Counted from the first letter of the stretch, positions 18,101 to 27,701 are shown. The stretch: DNA of 64,000 nucleotides from a bacterium (GCA_040390065.1 JAZJZE010000005.1:128001-192000), one strand, 5' to 3'. Program-made: numbers and translations. Notes: generated from the sequence alone by a model not told the origin.

Positions 18101-18694
18101 AAGGCCAATGCGGTTCCCCGGCGCCAAGTCGACCGGGCCAAGGTCGTGCAGGCCACGCACGGTGAAGCGCTGGTCCGAGATGCCGTTGGAAGCGCGCGGG
18201 TCGGGCGCCGTGTACGCGATGTGGTCCTCGGTCACCGCGGCCCAGGCATGAAACGATGCCGTGCCCGACGGATCGGCAAGCGGCGCCAGCGGCAAAAGCG
18301 ACGCGTTGACCAGAAGGTCCGGCCCCTGAAGCCAGGCGCGCAGGGAGATGGCCAGCGGGGCGTCCTGCGTCATGCGCCGTTCGACGGTCGCCGTGTAATT
18401 CTCGAGCGTGCCCTCGTACGGCACGTTCGGGTTCGGCTCGCCGTACACGGAGGCGATGCCGTCGACGACGAGAGTCGGGAAGGGGAACACGCCGCCGATG
18501 GAGGCCGGCGCCGCGTACCTTGCGGTGAACGTGTCGCCGCCGCCAAACGGCACACCGAACGGGTCAGGGTCCGCCATCGGGTGATGCATGATCACCACGG
18601 CCCGGTCCGCGGCCTGCGCCGGCGCGGCCAGCAAGGCCAGGAGGAGCACGGCGGCGGCGACCCGCATTGCCGGCGACCAGGCGCGCGCGGTCAT
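15122..18694 (-). CDS. ccmF: CcmF-type cytochrome c heme lyase with N-terminal Omp28/thioredoxin-like domain
   Basis: CcmF motifs WAGREGSLLLW, LIHPP, WWD-like GFGGYFAWDPVEVANLLPW, YLH, RSG..SVHAF, and YGVHLA before the C-terminal soluble domain. Extra N-terminal ~300 aa with VELYSATWCPPC. Confidence 0.8.
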   Translation of the reverse strand: MTARAWSPAMRVAAAVLLLALLAAPAQAADRAVVIMHHPMADPDPFGVPFGGGDTFTARYAAPASIGGVFPFPTLVVDGIASVYGEPNPNVPYEGTLENYTATVERRMTQDAPLAISLRAWLQGPDLLVNASLLPLAPLADPSGTASFHAWAAVTEDHIAYTAPDPRASNGISDQRFTVRGLHDLGPVDLAPGNRIGLATAFAIPANWHRDQLRIAIWVQAGGSGGRFAPHEVLQATSAAVDGIDVTQTAKAPLVELYSATWCPPCLYGDLAVEQLAIRYANATSSVEPSREGYFRAPGPYHGVGARLLHLGEPMAGAEWVLLAAAMAVAGAIVVAARDVRKPSVQAGRLGSWLLGGAAVAVTGTFLFLIGRFLAVDLTYQSVLFYTRADVEWPWRVAGAWAGREGSLLLWTVMLACVTALFAWRSRTVHADLVTARARSWTRLVLASGLLLFILAVLADSPFSPTSPDLLNSALRGNGLSPTLKSGFILIHPPLMFLAYGLAAVPAASAIGHVASGTGKWSTVAMAWARSGWLVMTFALGLGAMWAYYTLGFGGYFAWDPVEVANLLPWLAFTVYLHAQLHHRRHGSYARVGPLLAILPFMLTVFSTISTRSGLWVSVHAFTDPTNRFNPDAAGRFLDILAADPSLGFHVAMFLTTLAVFLALWARRLARDTGRMNALSWSIAAVFGVYAAYVICAPTSAFSLLLEGAHRATGSTGYGLLLLGFAAVAVAAAPALFEPQVLGAAVEVPRMAKKRSVYAACVEFLQAFVKGITLRTLNAYAVLVLGMALLVLFLFHMMAANGWSTAFYEARFPYLAAPVLLGLIVLQAHQVHGRRRSLWIAVAALLAGSVAQWMFVGHRGGPFLLVLSAALVAVSLDRVRRAAWVPGASRRTRMADLLLWLAALADVLFWVTPPAINIGGGSLHVPFLVTLPIIAIALAALAWATWSMVGGPSRGSGSLHLLVGALAGFYVAAPLAALSWWLRRRQTTVSPPDGKARARLGQVGLYGVHLAMAIAVLGYAGTTYYKTTADAEPHLGDALTIGGQTVTFDGAASGPPGPLDTIAPHFTVRSGAAVQGDVEGRLHWEEVAQAHYPTPATLHRWNGDLYVDVEAVHIAPGATCLGPGHPDGAWIEAYKAGSPSRACSGDPIDQVRVHAVDLPGLGILWLALLLLVLHMGFLLFCDAGPQRIPI

Positions 18695-18698
18695 AGCG

Positions 18699-19727
18699 TT
18701 AAGCCTTCAAGCGCGCGGCGCGCAGCGCCTTGCGGGCAGCCACACTGAGCGCTGCGTCCGGCAACTTTGCGAAGGCCACCCAGCGCGCGTCGCGGGGCAG
18801 ACGCGCCGGTGCCGCGCGCACGACGGCGGGATGCACGCGCATGTCCCAACGCACGTGGGTGAAGTCGTGCCGGACCGACGCGATGGAGGGGCCCGCCGTG
18901 ACGAGGACGCCGGTCTGTTGCTCGACGGCGCGGGCCAGGCCCGTGCGGTCGGCGTCCGCCGGCGGCGCCCACAGGCCCGCGAGCAGGCCGGCAGACCGGC
19001 GCACCAGCAGGACTTTGCCGCGGCGCTGCACGATGGCCATGCGCACCGTCAGACGGCGCGGCACTCGGCGGGCCTTCGCGGCGGGCAGTTCCTCCTGGCG
19101 GCCCGTGCGGCGAGCGTTGCACAAGTCGGCAAGCGGGCAGCGCGCGCAGTCGGGCTTGCGCGGCGTGCACCTCGTCGCTCCAAGTTCCATCATGGCTTGG
19201 TTCCAGTCGCCGGGTGAAGATTGCTTGAGCCATTCCTGCGCGACGGTCCACGCTTGGCGGCGCAGGGCCGGGCCCGCGGCACCGCTTCCGCAGACGCGGG
19301 CAATCACGCGCTCGACGTTGCCGTCGACGCAAGCCACCGGCTCGCCCCACGCAATCGAGGAGACGGCGGCCGCCGTGTACGCGCCGATGCCGGGCAGGGC
19401 GCGCAGGCCTGCGGCCGTCTGCGGCAGGCGCGACGCGGCGAGGCGGGCTGCCGCGTGCAGGTTGCGCGCCCGGCGGTAGTAGCCAAGGCCGCTCCAAGCC
19501 TCGAGGACTTGCTCCTCGGAGGCGGCTGCAAGGGCGGCCATCGTCGGGAAGCGCGCCATCCATGCGAGATAGAAGGGAACGACGACGTCGACGCGCGTCT
19601 GTTGCAGCATGACCTCCGACACCCAGATGGCGTACGGGTCGCCGGTGCGCCGCCAGGGGAGGTCGCGCCGGTTCGCGCGGTACCACCGCAACACGCGGGC
19701 CTGGATGCGGGAGTCCATTACGGCCAC
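18699..19727 (-). CDS. mutY: A/G-specific adenine glycosylase MutY
   Basis: RDLPWR..DPYAIWVSEVMLQQT, WSGLGYYRRARNL, HhH LPGIGAYTA, VDGNVER, [4Fe-4S] motif C-X6-C-X2-C-X5-C, C-terminal NUDIX-like HDFTH. Confidence 0.95.
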   Translation of the reverse strand: MAVMDSRIQARVLRWYRANRRDLPWRRTGDPYAIWVSEVMLQQTRVDVVVPFYLAWMARFPTMAALAAASEEQVLEAWSGLGYYRRARNLHAAARLAASRLPQTAAGLRALPGIGAYTAAAVSSIAWGEPVACVDGNVERVIARVCGSGAAGPALRRQAWTVAQEWLKQSSPGDWNQAMMELGATRCTPRKPDCARCPLADLCNARRTGRQEELPAAKARRVPRRLTVRMAIVQRRGKVLLVRRSAGLLAGLWAPPADADRTGLARAVEQQTGVLVTAGPSIASVRHDFTHVRWDMRVHPAVVRAAPARLPRDARWVAFAKLPDAALSVAARKALRAARLKA

Positions 19728-19760
19728 GCTTCGCCCACGTTGTCCCGCCTCTTGGCCTTG

Positions 19761-21362
19761 TCAGGACCAGACGGGCTTGTGGACAGGCAAGTAGGTGTAG
19801 CTGACGAACACTTGGTATTGAACCCTGGTCGACACACCGTTGTCGGGCAGGAAGCGCAGCGACCACTGGCCGGGCGTGCCCTGCGGCGTGATCTGCATGG
19901 ACACCGAACTGGAGACCGACTGCGAATCCACGACGATGCCGGCGCCGTCGCGCAGTTCCATCGTGCCGCTCGTCGAGATGAACGAGACGTCGGACACGAA
20001 CGCGTAGACGTACAGCTTGCCTGCGCCGCCCTTGAGGGGGAAAGCGAAGTCCGGACAGGACCCCGTGGAGCTCCCGACGGGCGGGTTGGCCGTGGGCGTT
20101 GCACACTGCACGGTGCCGGACTTGTCGAGGGAGGCCGCAATGGGATACTCCCACGACGCAAGCACGCGGTCACCATAGGTCGCTTCGGCGCGCACGATGT
20201 AGGAGCCCGATTCGATGCTGAGTTTGTAGTACGGCGTCGTCCAGTTGGCAAGAACATGCGCTTCGCCGTCGACCAGCATTGCATGGACGCTGGCCAAGGG
20301 CACGTCGTTGGGAAGAATCGTGACATTGTACGTCGTCGAGGTCAGGTGCCGGACCGACAGGACGACGCGTCGTCCATGCAGGCCCAAGGCATCGTAGAGG
20401 TCGACTGGGCCGGCGGCTGGCTGAGGCTCCAAGGCGGCCTCGACGAGGATGCGTTCGACGGTGCCATTGTAGGTGAAGTCGTCGCCCCCGGTCTGCACCT
20501 CGGCGAAGTACGAGCCCAACTGGTAGACGATGGCGCGGTGGTCCGGGGAGTAGTCGGTCTCCCAGACGATGTGCAGCACACCCTCCTCCTTGGGCCCGGA
20601 GATCGTGTAGTCCCCCGTCGTCGTGACATGGATGGTACGCGTGGGCCGGCCAACGACGGACATGTTGCCGAAGGCCGTGACCCTCGACTCGCCGGACCCT
20701 GACAGGTCGCCGGCCTCCGTGAGGACGCTCCAGTGGCGACCTGGCGCAAGGGGGAACTGCAAGGCCGGCGCATCCATCGTCGCATTGGGGGCCGCGAAGC
20801 GCAAGTCACAGGTCGCCGGCTTGGCTTGGCATGCGTGCAAGGCAGGGATGTCGTAGAGCCGCTTCGTCAGGAGGCTTGCCGGATCGATGAGTTGGGCCCC
20901 GTTCGACTTCGCCGTGGCAAGGGGGACGACGGTGTACGACGAGACGTAGGAGCCCAAGGCGAGTGTGCGGTTGTCGGTGCTCGAGACGTTGGCCAGGAGG
21001 CGCGCGCCTTCCCAGCGCGTCCACTGCTGGGTCGCATCCTCGCCGCCGCCCACCATGGTCGACGATTCGGTGATCTTCCACATCCAGGCCTGGCCAGGCA
21101 GAAGCACGGGCGCGGCGACGGAGGTCGAGACTTCGAGGGCGCCGGTCGCAGGCGACACGGTGGTCGGCACGGCGCCCGGCAGATACGTCGGCGTCGAGTC
21201 GATGACCGGGGCGGCGGCGTGCACGGACGTCGGCCCGGGGCCGGAGGTCGTGGCTGCACCAGGCGCCTTCGACCCGCCTGCGCATCCCGCGATGCCGCTC
21301 GCGAGGAGCAGCATGGCAATGAGGAGGGCGACCCGGGCCACGACGGACAAGCAGCGGGGCAC
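19761..21362 (-). CDS. Putative lipoprotein (hypothetical, beta-rich)
   Basis: Lipobox-like LLASGIAGC after a hydrophobic stretch; 533-aa open frame. Confidence 0.7.
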   Translation of the reverse strand: MPRCLSVVARVALLIAMLLLASGIAGCAGGSKAPGAATTSGPGPTSVHAAAPVIDSTPTYLPGAVPTTVSPATGALEVSTSVAAPVLLPGQAWMWKITESSTMVGGGEDATQQWTRWEGARLLANVSSTDNRTLALGSYVSSYTVVPLATAKSNGAQLIDPASLLTKRLYDIPALHACQAKPATCDLRFAAPNATMDAPALQFPLAPGRHWSVLTEAGDLSGSGESRVTAFGNMSVVGRPTRTIHVTTTGDYTISGPKEEGVLHIVWETDYSPDHRAIVYQLGSYFAEVQTGGDDFTYNGTVERILVEAALEPQPAAGPVDLYDALGLHGRRVVLSVRHLTSTTYNVTILPNDVPLASVHAMLVDGEAHVLANWTTPYYKLSIESGSYIVRAEATYGDRVLASWEYPIAASLDKSGTVQCATPTANPPVGSSTGSCPDFAFPLKGGAGKLYVYAFVSDVSFISTSGTMELRDGAGIVVDSQSVSSSVSMQITPQGTPGQWSLRFLPDNGVSTRVQYQVFVSYTYLPVHKPVWS

Positions 21363-21441
21363 CTATTTGACCACATTTGCTGGCTCGTTGGAACGACCTG
21401 GAGTGACGGCAACCGTCAAAGCGACGCCGTGTGTGCCCCGC

Positions 21442-21906
21442 ATGATGCAGGCCGACCAGGACCGGTATGCCCCTCATTCCATCTGTTTCGGTTGCGGCCC
21501 GGCCAACAAGGACGGCCTGCAGATCAAGAGCCAGTGGGAGGGCGAGGTGTTCGTCATGACCTTCACGCCCGAAGTCCGGCACCAGGCCTTTCCCGGTGTC
21601 GTGAACGGCGGCATCCTCGGCACCCTCTTGGACTGCCACAGCAACTGGTGCGCGGCCACGGCGCTCATGCGCAAGAACGGATGGGACAGGCCCGACTGCA
21701 CGGTCACAGCCGACTTCCACGTTCGACTCAAACGGCCGACACCTGCGGGCAAGGTCATCCGGTTCGAGGCGAAGGTCGGATCCATCGAGGCCGACCGGGC
21801 GACCATCCACTGCGATGCCATTTGCGATGGCAAGGTCACGGCCACCTGCGACGGCCTGTTCGTCGCCGTCAAGGAAGGCCACCCCGCCTACCACCGGTGG
21901 GGATGA
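21442..21906 (+). CDS. PaaI-family (hotdog-fold) thioesterase
   Basis: CFGCGPANKDGL, HQAFPGVVNGGILGTLLDCH, VTADFHVRLKRPTP. Confidence 0.9.
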   Translation: MMQADQDRYAPHSICFGCGPANKDGLQIKSQWEGEVFVMTFTPEVRHQAFPGVVNGGILGTLLDCHSNWCAATALMRKNGWDRPDCTVTADFHVRLKRPTPAGKVIRFEAKVGSIEADRATIHCDAICDGKVTATCDGLFVAVKEGHPAYHRWG

Positions 21907-22718
21907 TGGAACCGCGACCATTCGACCCCGCGACGGGCAACTGGCATCCACCCGCGGGAGCCGGGGCCGCGCCGGGGGCGGTCACCGACCCAACGGCCGC
22001 TCGAAGTGACCGACGCGCGCGAGTATGGAACGCAGTCCTGTTTGCGGACTTCGCCATCATGGGCCTGATTCTGCTCCTTCTGGCGGACCTCGCCGTTCAA
22101 TCCTTCCTCCACCCTCAGGCAAGCGAACAGCAAGTCTCGTTGTCCGCCATCCGCGTCGTCATTGCGGCTGAGGCTGGCGTCAACCTCGTCCTCATGGGGA
22201 TCGTGCCGCTCTTGTGGGCCTGGCAGACCCGCGTCGGTGGCTGGGACGGCGCCGTGCGCTACCTCGGTCTCGAAACCCCGGGTCGGGGCCTCGTGCGGGG
22301 GCTCGGATGGGGGTTGGCTGCCCTGGGCGCCCTCATCGCGCTCGGCATCGTCCTCAAGGCCATCGGTGTCCACGAGGCTAGCGAGCAGACCGCCCTCATC
22401 TCGAGCGCACTGACCTGGCCACTCGCGTTGGCCTTGGCCCTCGGCGCTGCGATCGGCGAGGAGATCTTCTTCCGCGGCATATTGCAGAAACGCATCGGCT
22501 GGATCTGGCAGGCCGTCGTCTTCGGCCTCGTCCACCTGAGCTACGGCACGGTCCTGCAGATCGCCTTCCCGCTCGCACTGGGTCTCTTCTGGGGCTGGCT
22601 GCGCAAACGCGGCGAAAGCCTGTGGGCACTCATGGCGGCGCATTTCCTGTTCGACTTCGTGCAGTTGGCCCTGGCCATCTACGCCAACGAACACCCCGAA
22701 CTCATCCCACAAGGATAG
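21903..22718 (+). CDS. CPBP/Abi (CAAX-type II) intramembrane glutamic endopeptidase
   Basis: EEIFFRG, FGLVH and AHFLFD motifs in a multi-TM protein. ATGA overlap with the upstream gene. Confidence 0.9.
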   Translation: MMEPRPFDPATGNWHPPAGAGAAPGAVTDPTAARSDRRARVWNAVLFADFAIMGLILLLLADLAVQSFLHPQASEQQVSLSAIRVVIAAEAGVNLVLMGIVPLLWAWQTRVGGWDGAVRYLGLETPGRGLVRGLGWGLAALGALIALGIVLKAIGVHEASEQTALISSALTWPLALALALGAAIGEEIFFRGILQKRIGWIWQAVVFGLVHLSYGTVLQIAFPLALGLFWGWLRKRGESLWALMAAHFLFDFVQLALAIYANEHPELIPQG

Positions 22719-22742
22719 AAGCGCCGGCGGCATGCGGCACGC

Positions 22743-23177
22743 GTGCCCTTCCGCCTCGTCGAGCACACGGCAGACCTCGGCATCGAGGCAACCGGTCAGA
22801 GCCGCGAGGAGGCGCTTGCTGCGGCAGCCGACGGACTGACCGCGGTTCTCACAGGCAGGACGGGGACCGTGCACGGCATGCCGGAGCGCGAACTCACCTT
22901 CAGCGTGGAAGCCCCCGACGCCGATGCCCTCGTCGTCGCATTCCTGTCAGAACTCCTGTGGTCGTTCGAGTCAGAGGACCTCCTCTGGATGGGTGGCGGC
23001 GTCAGCCTGGGCGCGAGCCGCGACGGCATCCTGCGCTTGGAAGCAAGGGGCAACGTGACGCGCTATGACCCATCGCGCCACGGCCGCGGCGTCGAGGTCA
23101 AGGCGGTCACCTACCACGACGTCGCATTGCGCCGAGACGGTTCCGGTTGGCTGCTTCGCGCGCTGCTGGACATCTAG
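22743..23177 (+). CDS. Archease (RtcB cofactor)
   Basis: EHTADLGI N-terminal motif and EVKAVTYH..LLDI C-terminal motif; immediately upstream of rtcB. Confidence 0.93.
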   Translation: MPFRLVEHTADLGIEATGQSREEALAAAADGLTAVLTGRTGTVHGMPERELTFSVEAPDADALVVAFLSELLWSFESEDLLWMGGGVSLGASRDGILRLEARGNVTRYDPSRHGRGVEVKAVTYHDVALRRDGSGWLLRALLDI

Positions 23178-23213
23178 CCCGAGCATGGCAGCAAAGGCCA
23201 AGCGCGCGACGGC

Positions 23214-24707
23214 ATGGCGACTCCCGTGACCTGGTCCGGGCCCCTCAACGATGTCGGCGGGGCCGTGCATGAGATTCCCGCTTCGTACACGGGCCGCGAC
23301 GGCACGCTGCGCATGCGCGTCCCTGGCCGCATCGTGGCGTCACCGCAACTGCTGTCCCACATCAAGGACGACCAGGCGCCCGAACAGGTTGCAAACGTGG
23401 CCAGCCTCCCGGGAATCGTCGGCTATTCGCTCGCCATGCCGGACATCCATTGGGGCTACGGCTTCCCCATCGGCGGCGTCGCCGCCTTCGACCCCGACCA
23501 AGGGGGTGTCGTCTCCCCCGGAGGCGTCGGCTTCGACATCAACTGCGGGGTCCGGCTCCTTCGCACGGACATCTCGGAGAAGGAGCTGCGGCCACGCCTG
23601 CCCGAAGTCGTCGATGCCTTGTTCGACGCGGTTCCCTGCGGCATGGGTTCGCGCGGCGGGCTCGACCTGTCGGAAGGCGATTTGACGGCCATCCTTGACA
23701 GCGGCGCGGCCTGGGCCGTGGACCATGGCTGGGCAACAAGCCGGGACCGTGAACACATGGAGGAGCGGGGCGCAATCCCCGGCGCCGACGCGTCGCAAGT
23801 CCACGAGCGGGCCCGCACGCGGGGCCGCCGCTCGTTGGGCAGCCTTGGTTCTGGCAACCATTTCCTGGAGCTGCAAGTCATCGATAAGACCTGGGACACA
23901 GCCGCATGCAAAGCGTACGGCGTGGACATCGGCCAAGTCGTGGTCATGATCCACACGGGAAGCCGTGGCCTCGGCCATCAGATCTGCGAGGACCACGTCC
24001 GGGACCTCCAGGCCGTGACCAAGCGGCATGGCATCGTCCTGTCGGACCGCCAGTTGGCCTGCGCACCGCTTGACACGCCGGAAGCTACACGCTACCTCGC
24101 AGCCATGGCCGGGGCCGCCAATTTCGCCTTCGTCAACCGCAGCGTGATTACCACACTGGCCCGACGCACGCTTGCCGGCCTGTTCGGCCGCGACGGCGAC
24201 GGCATCGAAGTCGTGTACGACGTCTGCCACAACATCGCGAAGATGGAGGAACACATCGTTCCGGCTGGGCCAGATGCGGGCAAGCGCCGGAACTTGTGCG
24301 TCCATCGCAAGGGCGCGACACGCGCGTTCGGCCCAGGCCACCGCGACGTGCCGGATGCCTACCGGAACGTCGGCCAGCCAGTCATCGTGCCGGGCGACAT
24401 GGGGCGCATGAGCTTCCTGCTTGCCGCATCGGAAGGCGCAGAGAAGACCACCTTCGGCTCAAGCTGCCACGGTGCTGGCCGCCGGCTGAGCAGGACGGAG
24501 GCGAGCAGGACGTGGAGCGGGGCTGCGCTGGTGCGAATGCTCTGGGAACGCGACGGCATCCGCGTCCGCGCGGCGACCCCGGAGGTGGCAGCGGAGGAGG
24601 CTCCGGAGGCCTACAAGGACGTCAGCGAGGTCGTGGATTCCGTCGAGATGGCGGGTCTGGCACGCAAGGCGGCGCGCATGCGGCCGCTTGGCGTCGTGAA
24701 GGGCTAG
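23214..24707 (+). CDS. rtcB: RtcB RNA 3'-phosphate/5'-OH ligase
   Basis: MPDIHWGYGFPIGG, GVGFDINCG, GSLGSGNHF, HTGSRG, HRKGATRA, SCHGAGR, EEAPEAYK, C-terminal VVKG. Confidence 0.97.
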   Translation: MATPVTWSGPLNDVGGAVHEIPASYTGRDGTLRMRVPGRIVASPQLLSHIKDDQAPEQVANVASLPGIVGYSLAMPDIHWGYGFPIGGVAAFDPDQGGVVSPGGVGFDINCGVRLLRTDISEKELRPRLPEVVDALFDAVPCGMGSRGGLDLSEGDLTAILDSGAAWAVDHGWATSRDREHMEERGAIPGADASQVHERARTRGRRSLGSLGSGNHFLELQVIDKTWDTAACKAYGVDIGQVVVMIHTGSRGLGHQICEDHVRDLQAVTKRHGIVLSDRQLACAPLDTPEATRYLAAMAGAANFAFVNRSVITTLARRTLAGLFGRDGDGIEVVYDVCHNIAKMEEHIVPAGPDAGKRRNLCVHRKGATRAFGPGHRDVPDAYRNVGQPVIVPGDMGRMSFLLAASEGAEKTTFGSSCHGAGRRLSRTEASRTWSGAALVRMLWERDGIRVRAATPEVAAEEAPEAYKDVSEVVDSVEMAGLARKAARMRPLGVVKG

Positions 24708-24872
24708 AGGCTCGGGATCACCACGGACCCATTCATGCAACCGGGGTGGATGATCCATCCCCACGGGTCGCTGAAATCGCACGGTGGCTGGCCTTGCCGC
24801 TGTACCTGTCCACCCGGTTTCCCGCAACCGGCCACAAGTCTTATCCTCGAATCGCGGGCCTTGCGCAAACCA

Positions 24873-26219
24873 GTGCGAACCACGCTGGCTCTCCTCGCAA
24901 TCGCGGCAGTCTGCCTTCCGGTGGTCGACGCGGCACCCGGTCTGCAGAATCCCGCCGGCCCGTCGCCGCTGTCGTTGTTCTTCCACATCGCGGACTTCCA
25001 GGACTTCCCGATCAACACGCAGGAGCCGGCCAAGGATTTCGTCGCGGAATCCGGCGCCGGCATCACGACTTCGAGCACGAGCTGCCTTCCCCCCTCGCCT
25101 GGGGGGACCGGGCAAGCCTACCACACGCTGCACGGCTTCTCGACGCCCGGCTTCGTCGAATACCAGTACATCGAGAACAACCGGCCGCGCTTCCACCCGG
25201 AACGCGGGCTGTCCTACGACTTGGAGCTTGCCGGCGACACGATGACGATGCACTGGTACCTCTCGACGCAGACCGGGGCGCCATCTGCGGGCGGCCAGGA
25301 CCCGGATTCGGCGCCGATTGTCATGCCTCAGGTCGTCGTGGCCGCCACGATGCGCACCGGCGAGGCCATCCAGATCGACGGCGGCGGCTACGACACCGGG
25401 GCCCTCATCGCGTCCGGCCAAAGTGCCCCCGCCCTGCTTGCTGGACCGGCGTCCCCGATGGTGAGCCCACAACTCAACTGGACGACTGTGGATGGCGCCA
25501 ACGTGTACGAGGTCACCGTGCCGCTGCACATCGCGCAACACACCATCCCGAAGGAAGGCGGCTTCGCCTTGCGCGTCGACACCTACCTCATGGTCCCCGG
25601 CCCGTGCTCCGACCCATCAGCCGGCTACCTCATGCCCAACGTGGTTCGCGTCCATTCCAGTCCCGGTTTCAGGCCGCGCCTGCAACTGCAGCTCATGCAG
25701 CCCATCCGCATCGAGTACCTGCACCCCCAGTTCGTCGGCGAACAACTCTACCTGCACACGTCTGCCAACAGCCCTCTCGGCAACTACGACGTCGATGCGA
25801 ACCACACGACCATCGCCATCTCTGGCCCGACCGCCGCTTCCTCCGTGTACCGCGGCGCCACCGTGCAGCGGACGCATGACCACGGCGCGCACACGCAGCC
25901 CGTCGACATCACGTTCGTGTGGCCTTTTGCGCACGACGGCGGCGCCCCCGGGGATTACGTCGTCACGATGGAGACGTGGAACGACCAGCACACCGCCGTC
26001 GCCCGCGCCGAGGCCCGCTTCACCCTCGGAGACGAATTGCAGGTGACGCGGTGCGGTGGCCTCAACGCGACGGAGTACGCCGCCTCGCATGACGGCTGCA
26101 AGACCGAATACCAGGACTCCCAGGGCAACGCGATCACGCCGACACAGAAGGCACCCTCCGCCGGCGTCCTGGTCGTGGCCCTCCTGGCCGGCCTGGCAGC
26201 ACTTGCGCGCCGCCGGTAG
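24873..26219 (+). CDS. Secreted hypothetical protein with PGF-CTERM-like anchor
   Basis: GTG start VRTTLALLAIAAVCLP signal peptide; C-terminus KAPSAGVLVVALLAGLAALARRR. Confidence 0.75.
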   Translation: MRTTLALLAIAAVCLPVVDAAPGLQNPAGPSPLSLFFHIADFQDFPINTQEPAKDFVAESGAGITTSSTSCLPPSPGGTGQAYHTLHGFSTPGFVEYQYIENNRPRFHPERGLSYDLELAGDTMTMHWYLSTQTGAPSAGGQDPDSAPIVMPQVVVAATMRTGEAIQIDGGGYDTGALIASGQSAPALLAGPASPMVSPQLNWTTVDGANVYEVTVPLHIAQHTIPKEGGFALRVDTYLMVPGPCSDPSAGYLMPNVVRVHSSPGFRPRLQLQLMQPIRIEYLHPQFVGEQLYLHTSANSPLGNYDVDANHTTIAISGPTAASSVYRGATVQRTHDHGAHTQPVDITFVWPFAHDGGAPGDYVVTMETWNDQHTAVARAEARFTLGDELQVTRCGGLNATEYAASHDGCKTEYQDSQGNAITPTQKAPSAGVLVVALLAGLAALARRR

Positions 26220-26274
26220 CGCATTCAAGCCGCCTGCCCACAACAATTATGGCAGCAACGGCGTCGGGTGGGGC

Positions 26275-26877
26275 ATGCGCCGGGCACTCGCTCCCCTGAT
26301 TCTGCTTTTCGTCCTGCCCCCGGTGGCGGCGGGGCCAGGCGACATGCCTGCAACCTTCATGCTTTCCACGACGAACACTCCGACCTCGGCGCTCGAACCC
26401 GGCGGGGCACCGATGCTCGTCAACATCACGTGGGTCTACTCGATGTCACAGGCCGCCGCGGCCGAAGCCTCGGCGCAAGGATCCACGACGCTGCACTGGG
26501 CACCGGCACCAACCTGCAGTTTGGCCAACGTCACCGTCACCGGGGAACTCACCCACGTGATCCAGTTCTCCTCCGCCAGTCAAGTCCCCCAGACCCAATT
26601 CAGTGGACGCTCGACCTTCAACGTGGCCGCAGGGTCTACAGCCGACCGGGGCGCGAGGGGAACCTGTCAATTCACGGCCTATGTCGATTCGGCCGGCCCG
26701 AACATCCCGGCAACGACGCCTTCCACGACACTCGCGCCCGTCACGGTGGCTGCAAGAAACGGCGATGACGTCCGAGCGGTTGGCTCGGGAATCGACGAGA
26801 AACCCGCGCCGGGATTCGGCCTATGGGTCGCCCTTGGCGCCCTTGCGGTCATCCTCCTCGCGGCGCGCCGCCGCTAA
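26275..26877 (+). CDS. PGF-CTERM sorting-signal surface protein
   Basis: Signal peptide MRRALAPLILLFVLPPVAA; C-terminus KPAPGFGLWVALGALAVILLAARRR (PGF, TM, basic cluster). Confidence 0.8.
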   Translation: MRRALAPLILLFVLPPVAAGPGDMPATFMLSTTNTPTSALEPGGAPMLVNITWVYSMSQAAAAEASAQGSTTLHWAPAPTCSLANVTVTGELTHVIQFSSASQVPQTQFSGRSTFNVAAGSTADRGARGTCQFTAYVDSAGPNIPATTPSTTLAPVTVAARNGDDVRAVGSGIDEKPAPGFGLWVALGALAVILLAARRR

Positions 26878-27653
26878 CCGAAACGCCCCAGGCTCGCCTG
26901 GCCCGACCGTCGCATCTCCTCGACTCTTGGCAGGATATCGTCCCAGTCGATCTCCTTCCATTCGAGGCCGTGCTCCTCGAGCATCTTGCGGGCCTTGTCC
27001 GCGACCCGGGGTGCGATGAGGATGCCGCGGACGGCCTCGTTGTTCTTGCGCAGGCGCTCCACGTAGCGCCACAGTTGCTGCGCCTCCGACACGCCGGCCG
27101 TCGTGCGCTTGCACTCCACGATGAGGCGGCCGCCCTTCGCATCATGGCCGTCGAGGTCGTAGAAGCCGCGCGCCGAGTTGCGTTCGCGGCGGGCAGGCAC
27201 GAATCCCGCCTCGACCAATGCGGGCTGTTCGAAGAGCAACTGTTGCAGGTCGTCCTCCGTGCCGACGAGGTCGAGGTCCATGCCGTCGCGCAAGGGCAAA
27301 CTCGACAGCATTGAGATGGCGTCAAACGTCACTTGCACGATCTCTTCCGGCTTGAGGCGGTGGCTCGTCAACACGACTTTTCCGGCCTCGACCGCGACGG
27401 AGAACGCGGCGCCCGGAGGCTGCCAGTTGACGGGCTTGGCCTTCGCCGCGGTGTGGATCAGCAGCGTCCCATCGGGCTTGAGGACCAGAAGGCGCTCGCC
27501 CTTGTGCAGGTCGCTGCGGGCGCGGCCCTGGTACTTCACGATGCAGGAGCCGACGGCGAGGAGAAGGTGGCCGCGGCGCTGGGCGAGGCCGGCGAGTTCG
27601 TTCTGGAGGAACTGCAGCGCGGCCTCCGTGTCCGGGTCGCGCAGGATGTTCAC
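26874..27653 (-). CDS. nucS: Mismatch endonuclease NucS/EndoMS
   Basis: CIVKYQGRARS..GERLLVLKPDGTLLIH..PVNWQP; GTEDDLQ; DLDGHD..IVECKR; QLWRY; RGILIAP. Confidence 0.93.
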   Translation of the reverse strand: MNILRDPDTEAALQFLQNELAGLAQRRGHLLLAVGSCIVKYQGRARSDLHKGERLLVLKPDGTLLIHTAAKAKPVNWQPPGAAFSVAVEAGKVVLTSHRLKPEEIVQVTFDAISMLSSLPLRDGMDLDLVGTEDDLQQLLFEQPALVEAGFVPARRERNSARGFYDLDGHDAKGGRLIVECKRTTAGVSEAQQLWRYVERLRKNNEAVRGILIAPRVADKARKMLEEHGLEWKEIDWDDILPRVEEMRRSGQASLGRFG

Positions 27654-27701
27654 GTGAATTGCGACGAGGGCGTCAGGCTTGAGGTTTGGCGGGTGGTTTC
27701 A

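Noticed and set aside
12125-18694. A local c-type cytochrome substrate for CcmF
   Set aside because: No CxxCH heme-binding motif was noticed in the credible proteins of this block or its neighbours.
22743-24707. Archease-rtcB pair as a novel RNA-repair or defence system
   Set aside because: This is a well-known standard gene pair.
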